Shown piece by piece: positions 30,517 through 39,175 of a stretch of 64,000 nucleotides of DNA. A program made the translations under genes and the position numbers. A model generated the notes under the pieces. It worked only from the letters and a program-made list of their open reading frames with translations, made no database searches and was not told the DNA's origin. The stretch spans positions 24,469 through 88,468 of IMG/VR virus record IMGVR_UViG_3300042261_002391. One strand, 5' to 3'. Numbering within the stretch: position 1 is the stretch's first letter; each line of letters begins with the position of its first letter. This stretch comes from a virus.

Positions 30517-30559
30517 TTTCCATATTTTTCGAATTAATAAATGTAATTTTTTTCATATG

Positions 30560-30633
30560 AGCCGAGGACAGGACTCGAACCTGCAACTTCCTGATTACAA
30601 GTCAGGCACTCTACCAATTAAAGTTACCTCGGC
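30560..30633 (-). tRNA. tRNA-Thr(TGT)
   Basis: Loop CTTGTAA. Confidence 0.95.
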
Positions 30634-31082
30634 ATTGTTCTTTCTTTTCGACCATTTCCACGATTAGCACCTTTATATGTTGGTGTTAAACTATGACAAT
30701 TAGGACATAAAAGTTTTAAATTTTCTTCTTTATTATTCAAATAATTACCATCAATATGTTCGATTTCCAACGGTATTTTACCAGTGTATTGATTAACTTC
30801 AGACCATCCGCATTCAGAGCATTTGTTGGAGAATTTTTCAAATATATATCTTTTAATGTGACATGATAATTGATATTCACCTCTCATTCCATCAACTAAT
30901 CCAGCTTTCCATTTATCGATATACTCCAGATATTTAATATCTGCGCCAATTTTTGCTTTTTCAGATGAATGTAATTTTGAGCAATCTTTGCAATATACCA
31001 CCTTCCATTTTTTTATTTCGGAAGGTCTTCGATAGATTGGTTTATTACAATCACTACAATTACAATTTGGTTTTCTCACCAT
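30624..31082 (-). mobile_element. HNH homing endonuclease (stop overlaps tRNA-Thr 5' end)
   Basis: CSECG...IEHIDGN...LCPNCH; lies between two tRNA-Thr genes. Confidence 0.9.
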
Positions 31083-31099
31083 ATTTATTTTCTATTTTG

Positions 31100-31171
31100 A
31101 GCCGACTATTGGAATCGAACCAATATTTACGGGTTACAAAGCCGTAGTAATAACCGTTATACGAAGTCGGC
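31100..31171 (-). tRNA. tRNA-Thr(TGT), variant with C31:C39 mismatch
   Basis: GCCGACT/AGTCGGC acceptor, loop TTTGTAA. Confidence 0.85.
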
Positions 31172-31176
31172 ATTTG

Positions 31177-31521
31177 TTATATTATATGACCAATTCTCTC
31201 TTTCACATGTGCTTTATATCTTTCGATATTTCTAACACTACCACGTGTTGCCGGGTGATAAATGAATTCATGCGATATTTGGTGCTTTTTAAGCTCTTTT
31301 TCGACCTTTCTGCCCATTGCTATTACAACACCATTAAATGATTGAATATCGTTTATATCATCTTCAAATACGTTTTTAAACTCACATTCATTCCAATCAA
31401 TTCCAATGTTTTCAACTGCTTTTGATAAATGTGCTGCAGCTAATCGCTTATCAACCCAAGTAACATTCATTCTAATTGCAGTATTACTTCTTCTTTCTCC
31501 GACAAATAAAAATCGTTTCAT
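31177..31521 (-). CDS. small uracil-DNA-glycosylase-superfamily-like protein
   Basis: LFVGE, VIAMGRKV, IYHPA motifs. Confidence 0.5.
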   Translation of the reverse strand: MKRFLFVGERRSNTAIRMNVTWVDKRLAAAHLSKAVENIGIDWNECEFKNVFEDDINDIQSFNGVVIAMGRKVEKELKKHQISHEFIYHPATRGSVRNIERYKAHVKERIGHII

Positions 31522-31525
31522 ATTA

Positions 31526-31888
31526 TTAATTGTTAATCATTTCGTTTTTAGATTCCAAAAATTTTTCTAAAATCAATTCCTTCCTGAATGTTGTTGTTAC
31601 ATATTCATCAATTTTATTCAAAGTTAGGTTTTTAATTAGTTCTTCAACAGTAATGTATTTACCTTCAGAATAAACCATTGGTGGATATGAAACACCTTTC
31701 CAAATACGTGGAGTAAAATATTTTACTCCCAGCCTTGCCCAACCATAGATTGCAATTTCTTTTGGTCTAATATTGGTGATTTTTTGGCATTCACTACAAT
31801 AGCATAAAGAAACCGGAGCATAATCAGTAGAATAAACACCTTCACTTTCCCGTTCTTCACAAAAATCACAAATTGTTGCGTTATTCAT
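31526..31888 (-). CDS. hypothetical protein with CxxC pairs
   Basis: 120-aa ORF. Confidence 0.6.
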   Translation of the reverse strand: MNNATICDFCEERESEGVYSTDYAPVSLCYCSECQKITNIRPKEIAIYGWARLGVKYFTPRIWKGVSYPPMVYSEGKYITVEELIKNLTLNKIDEYVTTTFRKELILEKFLESKNEMINN

Positions 31889-31909
31889 TCTTTTTATTTA
31901 AAAAGTTTG

Positions 31910-31981
31910 CGCTCCGAGGGAATTACGATATCCCAACCCTCACTTTAACAGAGTGACGCTCTACCTTTGAGCTACCGAAGC
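31910..31981 (-). tRNA. tRNA-Asn(GTT), atypical T-loop ATCGTAA
   Basis: Loop CTGTTAA, G73. Confidence 0.85.
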
Positions 31982-32163
31982 ATTTGTTTTAAACATCATC
32001 GATGTCTTTTTGTTTTTTCCTATCATACTTCTTTTTTGATGTATGAATTTTGTTTACTGTCACCCAACCAGTGGAATTTTCTAGTTCGGCTTCTCTCGAC
32101 CCTTTTCTCGATGCGAGAACATAGTCCGATAGTTTCTTCTTTTTCATTTCACTAGTTTTTTTG

Positions 32164-32235
32164 CGCCCCGAATAGGACTCGAACCTATAATCTATTGGTT
32201 AACAGCCAATTGCTTCACCATTAAGCTATCGGAGC
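32164..32235 (-). tRNA. tRNA-Asn(GTT)
   Basis: Canonical cloverleaf. Confidence 0.95.
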
Positions 32236-32952
32236 ATTGTTTATTTTTTCATGTAATTCAATATGACAATTAGCACATAGTAATATACATTTATCCACTT
32301 CTTTTTTTAAACGTTCGATTGAATAACTTTTACCACTAACCGTAAAATCTTTCATATTTGGATTGGTGTGATGAAATTGTAACACACTTATTGACTTATC
32401 ATATCCACAAATTTCACACTTACCTCCCTTATATTGAATTAACTCAATTTTTTTTCGCTTTCTCCATTCAATAACTGATTGAGATTTTGTTTTTGTCTTT
32501 TCCCTCTTAAATATTTTCAAATCGGGTATTAATTTTCTCAAAGTATCTCTACTGGTATTAAAATGCTTTGCAGTTAATCTTAGTGATTTTACGGTATTAT
32601 AGTATGTAATAATCTCATCAACATCAAATCTTTTTTTTACAGTATTAATTGGTTTATTTAACTTATATTTTCTACATATTTTAATTAACTTATCTTCACT
32701 AATGTCAACTATTTTAAGTATTTCATCATATGTTTTTTCTTCAATCCTTAATTTTTTTATTAATTCGATTGTCCTTTCATCAACGCCAAATAAAAAACTG
32801 TTAATATTACCACCAAGACCAGCATTATTTAAATGATATGATACCGTACTTTTACTACAATTTAAGTTTTTGGCGATTTCATTAATACTTTTACCCCTTT
32901 TCCTTAATTCTAAAATTTTTTCTTTCATATTATTAATACCGATGATTAACAT
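32221..32952 (-). mobile_element. HTH + HNH homing endonuclease (C-terminus overlaps tRNA-Asn)
   Basis: KSINEIAKNLNCSKSTVSYH; CEICG...FHH...LCANCH. Confidence 0.88.
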
Positions 32953-33017
32953 CTTTTGTTAATAAATACGTATAACTGCAAAAAAGTTCGATTCTTTATC
33001 ACAAAATTAATATTTTA

Positions 33018-33089
33018 GCTCTCGTATTGGACTCGAACCAATCCCGCCCTGCTTCACGCAGAGTGTACCTTCCACTATACGAACGAAAT
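33018..33089 (-). pseudogene. degenerate tRNA (loop CGTGAAG)
   Basis: T and D arms present, weak acceptor, G33. Confidence 0.65.
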
Positions 33090-33188
33090 AACTACTACTC
33101 AACTTCACCGCTAAATTCCATTTTTTGTAGAGAACATAAATCTAATCAATGATGTTAGCGCATCATGTTTCAACTTCCAATTCTTTTG

Positions 33189-33262
33189 TAGTGAGGGTGA
33201 GGGTCGAACTCACACATCTTTTGCTTATAAGACAAATGCCGTCACCATTTAGCTACCTCACC
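33189..33262 (-). tRNA. tRNA-Ile(TAT)
   Basis: TTTGT-CTTATAA-GCAAA, A73. Confidence 0.88.
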
Positions 33263-33271
33263 ATTTATTAA

Positions 33272-33478
33272 CTACCATTCAATAGTAACATCTTTTACTG
33301 ATTCAACATCAATTTCATGATAATATTTCCTATGTTTTTTATTGAAAAGAGTGCTTCTAATATTATTAAAACTACAATCACTTGGGCAATGAATTAGTGC
33401 AGTTCCATTTCCTTTTTCTTCCGTGCCTTGACAATAATATGTATAGGTATATTCAAGTAAAACATATTTCCATTCCAT
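33272..33478 (-). CDS. hypothetical protein
   Basis: 68-aa ORF. Confidence 0.5.
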   Translation of the reverse strand: MEWKYVLLEYTYTYYCQGTEEKGNGTALIHCPSDCSFNNIRSTLFNKKHRKYYHEIDVESVKDVTIEW

Positions 33479-33483
33479 AACAA

Positions 33484-33885
33484 CTAACTTAAAATTTGTT
33501 TTACAATATTACTTACAATAATGTTATCAGCTTTTCCTTTGTACAGTGCATTAAATTTGCCCATTATCATTCCGAATGATTTCATGTCCAATGCGATTGC
33601 ATAATCAGCAATAATTGAATCAACTGCTATCTTAATTTCATCATCAGACATTAATTCTGGTAAATATGCAGCATAGAAATTAGCTTCCTCGATATTTGAA
33701 CATTCAATCGCCGAATTTTTCATTTGTTTCAATACTTCAAACGCAACTGAATCGGGAAGATTTGTAGTCCCTTTACGCTGTAATTCACTTTTAATCATTT
33801 TCAAACGATTGATTAGCACGTTGTCACGATTTTTTTCTGCAAGTGCTTGTTTCAATTCTTCATTTACTTTTTCCTGCAATAGCAT
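33484..33885 (-). CDS. GatB/YqeY domain protein
   Basis: LKQALAEKN...LKMIKSELQ...YLPELMSDDEI...MKSFGMIMG...GKAD. Confidence 0.9.
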   Translation of the reverse strand: MLLQEKVNEELKQALAEKNRDNVLINRLKMIKSELQRKGTTNLPDSVAFEVLKQMKNSAIECSNIEEANFYAAYLPELMSDDEIKIAVDSIIADYAIALDMKSFGMIMGKFNALYKGKADNIIVSNIVKQILS

Positions 33886-33959
33886 AGTTTCAATTTTTAA
33901 ATTAACACACAAAATTAACTAAATAATTCAATCTACCAAAATATTTGATAAATTTTTTG

Positions 33960-34033
33960 AGCAGCATCCCGGATTTGAACCGAGACCTCAACCTTGGAAG
34001 GGTCATATGCTAACCGTTAAACACCAATGCTGC
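33960..34033 (-). tRNA. tRNA-Gly(TCC)
   Basis: Loop CTTCCAA, U73. Confidence 0.92.
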
Positions 34034-34104
34034 TTATGTGATAAAGAGATAATCAATATGAAGCAATTAAATCGACATACCTCGAACTTTCCGTCATTAC
34101 CTCG

Positions 34105-35166
34105 CTATAATGTCCGGGAGTTTATCTCTTCACATTTTAAGTTAATTAAATCATCATAACTATATTCTTTATTTTCAAGTATTAATAATACAGAAAACCC
34201 CAACTTAATATATTCATTAAACTTATCAATAATATTATTTTTATTTAATGTAAATTTTGATTTAATTTCAATTATTTTATTTTCATGAGGAATATAAAAA
34301 TCTGGGATTGCTACTCTATATTTTTTATTAGATGAATCCCAATATTTAATTCTAAAATACTCTACTTCATAATCAATTTTATTATTATCTAAATTAATTG
34401 CAAAATTTAATTCATATGAACTTCTATAGTATATTTTTTTTCCGTTCCATGTTTCATGCCAGCCATGTTTATATTGGTATTTAGTCTCTGAACTTAAAAC
34501 ATTATTGTTTAACTTACCTATCAAACATGCGTTAATTTCACTCTCGGATAGATTTCTAGTTTTAATACCAAATGATTTTAATATATGCAATATATTTTCA
34601 GAATTTTTATTATAATTATATTTAATTGCAATATCTTTAGGTGATAAATTATTGTCAAAATATTCCTTTAACAATAACTCCCTTATCCTATAATACTCTT
34701 CAAATATTTTCAATGTTCCAACAGAATCCAAATCAAACCCAAATTCAATTAAATTATTAAACCATTTTTTTGAGTGTTTACATATTTCAATATTTACACA
34801 TTTTTCCTGTCCACAAATTTTACATAATTTAGGTTTGTTATTTTTTTGTGACTTTATCGATAAAGTATTTTTTATTTTGTTCTTAGTTGCTTCACTCACT
34901 ATTCTAATTTGATTATTGAATTTAGCTGAACATGAATGTGAACAAAAATTAAGTTGTCTTTTATTCAATGAAGTATTACAAAATTTACATTTATTAGTAC
35001 ATTCAACTCTTCGTCGATTATATGTATTTAAGTCAAAACCAACAGATTTTGCAATATTTTTCAACTTTAAAATACCTGCAGAATTATCTGAAAATCCAAA
35101 ATAAACATACGCTTCTGTTCTACTATTAAAACTATTTAAAATATCAAACATTTTGCTATTTTCCAT
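34105..35166 (-). mobile_element. PD-(D/E)xK (TnsA-like) homing endonuclease
   Basis: YRSSYEL...YEVE...IPDFYI...IEIKS; follows tRNA-Phe. Confidence 0.8.
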
Positions 35167-35263
35167 ACTAAAGTTTATAATAAATACTTACTTTAGCGGA
35201 AAAAACACGTTATGAGCCAAATATAATAAACATATTTCCAAGGTTCATAATAATCATATTTCG

Positions 35264-35336
35264 TTGGAAAGGTGGAAATCGAATCCACTTAAACGGTTTT
35301 TCAAACCGTCAGATACACCACGTCTCTCACTTTCCA
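35264..35336 (-). tRNA. tRNA-Phe(GAA)
   Basis: ACGGT-TTGAAAA-ACCGT, divergent D arm. Confidence 0.85.
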
Positions 35337-35374
35337 ATATTAAATTTCACATATAAAGAAATTCATATAAAAAT

Positions 35375-35528
35375 GGTTCTGGTGTGAGCCTCCTACTCAC
35401 GTCTCCCGATGATATTTCGACCATCATAAATGTCTCGGAGATTATTGATGTATCAAACCGTATTGCCAAGTACGTTTACATTAACTTTCTACTGAACATT
35501 AGGTCAGCCTCTTATGCAATCCAGAACC
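35375..35528 (-). ncRNA. unidentified structured RNA inside tRNA operon
   Basis: Closed by GGTTCTGG/CCAGAACC, several internal stems. Confidence 0.45.
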
Positions 35529-35602
35529 TTCACATCTAAAGATTCATGACTTCTTTTCGATGCACAAACCAAAACGATGGTGTCCTATCCATTTTGGTTT
35601 TG

Positions 35603-35697
35603 AGGAAGAAGTCGGACTCGAACCGACACACCACGTTCTTCACATGATTACTCGTAGTTTTCAAGACTACTCCCTTACCAATTAGGGTTATTCTTCC
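35603..35697 (-). tRNA. tRNA-Ser(TGA)
   Basis: Class II cloverleaf, loop CTTGAAA. Confidence 0.92.
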
Positions 35698-35707
35698 ATT
35701 ATTATCG

Positions 35708-35788
35708 TAGTGATGGTGGGATTCGAACCCACATTACCTTACGGTACACCTTATCAGGGTGCTGCCTTAACCAATCGACCACATCACT
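35708..35788 (-). tRNA. tRNA-Ile(GAT) with long variable arm
   Basis: Loop CTGATAA; extra arm ACC-GTAA-GGT. Confidence 0.88.
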
Positions 35789-35851
35789 ATATTTTAGTAA
35801 TACTATGCATTAATTATTGAAAAGCGATAATTTTCGCATAATATTACTATG

Positions 35852-35926
35852 AGCACGGAGTGGGATTTGAACCCACGACTTTACAGTTTTGCAGACTGTT
35901 GCCTTTGACCACTCGACCATCCGTGC
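35852..35926 (-). tRNA. tRNA-Cys(GCA), copy 2
   Basis: Nearly identical to 4653-4727. Confidence 0.95.
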
Positions 35927-35960
35927 ATTATTTTTACCCAACATGTCAATGAACTAAAAC

Positions 35961-35991
35961 AAAAAACCCGAAACTTTTGATTTCGGGTTTT
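35961..35991 (-). terminator. attenuator terminator of tRNA operon 1
   Basis: AAACCCGAAA-TCAAAAG-TTTCGGGTTT + U tract, between leader ORF and first tRNA; boxA-like GTTCATTGACAT follows at 35943-35954. Confidence 0.9.
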
Positions 35992-36010
35992 ACTTTATGC
36001 TTAATATTCT

Positions 36011-36145
36011 TTACGAACCTATCGCATCCTCTACACCCGAATCAATTACAATATTTCTGCCTGTAATGTTAGAACAGAATATACCATTTCCATTGCGACT
36101 TGATGTCCCAAAATTTGAACTTGATATGGTTGTAAAAGTATTCAT
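36011..36145 (-). CDS. attenuator leader peptide of tRNA operon 1: MNTFTTISSSNFGTSSRNGNGIFCSNITGRNIVIDSGVEDAIGS
   Basis: Translated by hand; residues 2-32 use only N,T,F,I,S,G,R,C. Confidence 0.88.
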   Translation of the reverse strand: MNTFTTISSSNFGTSSRNGNGIFCSNITGRNIVIDSGVEDAIGS

Positions 36146-36173
36146 CGTTTTTATTTTTAATTGTTAATATTAA

Positions 36174-36233
36174 TTCGTTTTCATCTAAATACGTTGCAAA
36201 GGTAAAAAAGGTTACACAATTTGCAAACATTTT
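36174..36233 (-). promoter_or_regulatory. composite promoter (housekeeping TTTG-N19-TACCTTTG + ECF TGTAACC-N16-CGTAT + late-like GTATTTA)
   Basis: Near-identical copy at 60951-61010. Confidence 0.8.
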
Positions 36234-36295
36234 TCAGGAAAAAATGAAAAAAAAATCATTAATTTTTATAAGTATTTAATTTTCAAACATATCCA

Positions 36296-39052
36296 TTATG
36301 TGGTTACATCAACAATTTTTATTGTATTATCACTACCATCAATATATTTTAGCTTAATTGTACCTGTAGATGTTTTAATAATTTCCTTAGAATAGTCGGC
36401 AAAGATATGTGTTGCACTTGAAAAATCAATTCCGACAAAATTAATATTACCAAATATCATATTTTGTTGAAATGTCACTCCCGATATTGGTATATTAAAA
36501 TATGAAACCAAATGACCGAAAGTATTTAAATTACTACCACTTGATAATGTGATATCTATACAACTATCTCCAAATATATTATTAAAACAATTATCATTCA
36601 AATGGATGCTATTGCAAGCAACTCCAAATATGTTTGAATCACACGTAATGCTCAAAAAATTACCATTACAATGATTGCCAAATACATTATTAGTGCAATT
36701 CTCACCAATATTGTTATACATACATTTATTACCTAAAATAATTGAGTTACAATGACTGCCAAAATTGTTTTCCACACAATTAAAACCTAAAACTGTTGAG
36801 GTAACTCCTGATGAAAATACATTTGATATATTAGCAGCACCTAAAGTACAATTATTTAACCCAAATCCCGATGTATTTATTTGACAATCATCGCCAAAAG
36901 TGTTTGAGGTACACTCATCGCCAAAAGTGTTTGTGGAATTATTTGAATCAAAACGATTAAAGCCACAAGTATTGCCAAAAGTGTTCGCATAACAGTTATA
37001 GCCAAAAATGTTCCCATAACAAGTATTGCCAAAAATATTTTCATTACAACCATCACCAAAAATATTTGAATGACAACTATTACCAAAAGTATTTGAACCA
37101 CAATTATCACTAAAAATATTTGAATAACAACTATTGCCAAAAAAATTCACTGAGCAACTATTGTTAAAAGTATTTGAATAACAGCTATCGCCAAAAGTGT
37201 TTCCATAACAAGTATTGCCAAAAATATTTAAATAACAACCTACGCCAAAAGTGTTTCCATAACAAGTATTGCCAAAAATATTTAAATAACAACCTACGCC
37301 TAAAGTGTTTGAGCTACAATTATTGCCAAAAATATTTTCACTACAACCATCAGCTAAAATATTTCCACTACAGTTAATGCCAAATCTGTTATTATAAGAG
37401 CCACCGCTTAAAGTGTTTAACCTACAAATATCACTAAAAATGTTTTCATTACAACCATTAGCTAAATTATTGGTATTACAGTTATCACCCAAAATATTTG
37501 AATAAGAACCACTAAATACATTATCATAACAACCATAACCCAAAGTATTGTTATAACATATATTATTAAAAATATTATTATAAGAATAACTTCCAAATTT
37601 ATTGTAATAACAATTATATGTTAAAGTATTATTATTACAATTATCAGCAAAAGTATTGTTAGCACACACACTATATAACGTGTTTGAATAACATCCATCA
37701 CCAAAAGTATTATTTACAGAATTATTACCTAAAAAATTTGACTGGCAACCACCATTAAAAATATTTGAAGAGCAATTATTTCCAAACGTGCATAAACTAA
37801 AATTTTTTCCTAAAATATTAAAATTACATGACTTACCAAAAACATTTGACTGACAATAATCACCAAAAACATTCGAGGCAAATTCCCTTCCAATAATATT
37901 ATTATCACACCCATTACCAAAAGTATTTGAGTCACAGTTTATACCAAATATATTACGAGTACAATTATTACCAAAAGTGTTTGATGTAAATAAATCGGAA
38001 ATAGTATTTAGCTGAAAATCAGCCCCATATTTATTATTAGTAATTGAAGAGAATTGGCTATCAATATTACTATTAGATAAATAAAATACGTTATTTTGTA
38101 ATATCGATGGGATGTACCCTGTTTGGCTATTTACGCCATTAATTATTGAATCGAAAATATTATTCTTAACTAATAATTCATATGTATTATACTCATCAAA
38201 ACCTTGAAACGTTAAACAGTCAATATAGTTCGAATAACCATCAGAATAAGACATATAGCTCCAATATTGTGTTATATTGTAGTCAACAATTTTTGCCCAA
38301 GATGTATCATCTGTGACATCATTTAAATTATCATCAATTACACTAAGATAAACACCACCTGTAGAACCTGTTACTTGTACATAAGTATTTACGCTGTATG
38401 CAGTCCCACCACTCCACTGAGGATATCCATTAGTATCTTCAGTAAACAAATATCTTCTGAATTTAACATTTCTAAAGTCATACCCTAAGCTATTATTGTT
38501 TTTTACGTCATGTCTTTTATATATAACACCCTTAAAATCAGGTATTAATGTAACATTAGTTAAATCAGGATTTAAAGCTGTGCCACCAGCATTTTCAGCA
38601 GTCGCAAAACCATAATCTAGCATCCAATTGTTTGGATTCCAGTCGTAATAAATTATATCTTGTGGATATTGTTGTGAATATGCTTGTGGATAGAATTCGC
38701 TAATTGTACTTGCTTTAATAATTAGCGGTTCTAAGTTCCCAACATTAATATCATCAAGTCTATCGTAACCATCAAACATATAATGAACAGTTCTATAATC
38801 ATTTATTCTATAGAAAGTATTGGGTGTTAATCCGGAGGTAGTTGTTAAACCAGTTAATTGATTATAAGTTAAATTAATCACACCTGCAGTATTACCACTG
38901 ATTTCAACAAAATATCCTTCACCATTGAGATAGGTGTCTGGGTCTTGTGATAGTGTAGTATTTATTGGTGATGATGATACATAAACATCGCCAGTTCTAA
39001 GATAATTTCTATAATCGGAAACTGAAAGTTTATCTAGTTCTTGTGTTGCCAT
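36296..39052 (-). CDS. large beta-helix repeat protein (9-aa NxFGxxCxx repeats), probable virion fibre/spike
   Basis: Dozens of 9-aa repeats; exact 54-bp tandem duplication near 37189-37300; late-type promoter. Confidence 0.75.
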   Translation of the reverse strand: MATQELDKLSVSDYRNYLRTGDVYVSSSPINTTLSQDPDTYLNGEGYFVEISGNTAGVINLTYNQLTGLTTTSGLTPNTFYRINDYRTVHYMFDGYDRLDDINVGNLEPLIIKASTISEFYPQAYSQQYPQDIIYYDWNPNNWMLDYGFATAENAGGTALNPDLTNVTLIPDFKGVIYKRHDVKNNNSLGYDFRNVKFRRYLFTEDTNGYPQWSGGTAYSVNTYVQVTGSTGGVYLSVIDDNLNDVTDDTSWAKIVDYNITQYWSYMSYSDGYSNYIDCLTFQGFDEYNTYELLVKNNIFDSIINGVNSQTGYIPSILQNNVFYLSNSNIDSQFSSITNNKYGADFQLNTISDLFTSNTFGNNCTRNIFGINCDSNTFGNGCDNNIIGREFASNVFGDYCQSNVFGKSCNFNILGKNFSLCTFGNNCSSNIFNGGCQSNFLGNNSVNNTFGDGCYSNTLYSVCANNTFADNCNNNTLTYNCYYNKFGSYSYNNIFNNICYNNTLGYGCYDNVFSGSYSNILGDNCNTNNLANGCNENIFSDICRLNTLSGGSYNNRFGINCSGNILADGCSENIFGNNCSSNTLGVGCYLNIFGNTCYGNTFGVGCYLNIFGNTCYGNTFGDSCYSNTFNNSCSVNFFGNSCYSNIFSDNCGSNTFGNSCHSNIFGDGCNENIFGNTCYGNIFGYNCYANTFGNTCGFNRFDSNNSTNTFGDECTSNTFGDDCQINTSGFGLNNCTLGAANISNVFSSGVTSTVLGFNCVENNFGSHCNSIILGNKCMYNNIGENCTNNVFGNHCNGNFLSITCDSNIFGVACNSIHLNDNCFNNIFGDSCIDITLSSGSNLNTFGHLVSYFNIPISGVTFQQNMIFGNINFVGIDFSSATHIFADYSKEIIKTSTGTIKLKYIDGSDNTIKIVDVTT

Positions 39053-39175
39053 ATTAATTTCTAGTTTAATATAAATACAAAATATTAACTAAATAACTAT
39101 AATATTATATACAAATCAAGAACATAAAAAAAAGGCTGTCCATTTGGACAGCCTTTAATATTATAGAATTATGAA

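Noticed and set aside
36877-37377. Alternative-frame repeat ORFs and a possible DGR template/variable pair
   Set aside because: By-products of the 27-nt coding repeat; no reverse transcriptase or adenine-specific mismatch pattern seen.
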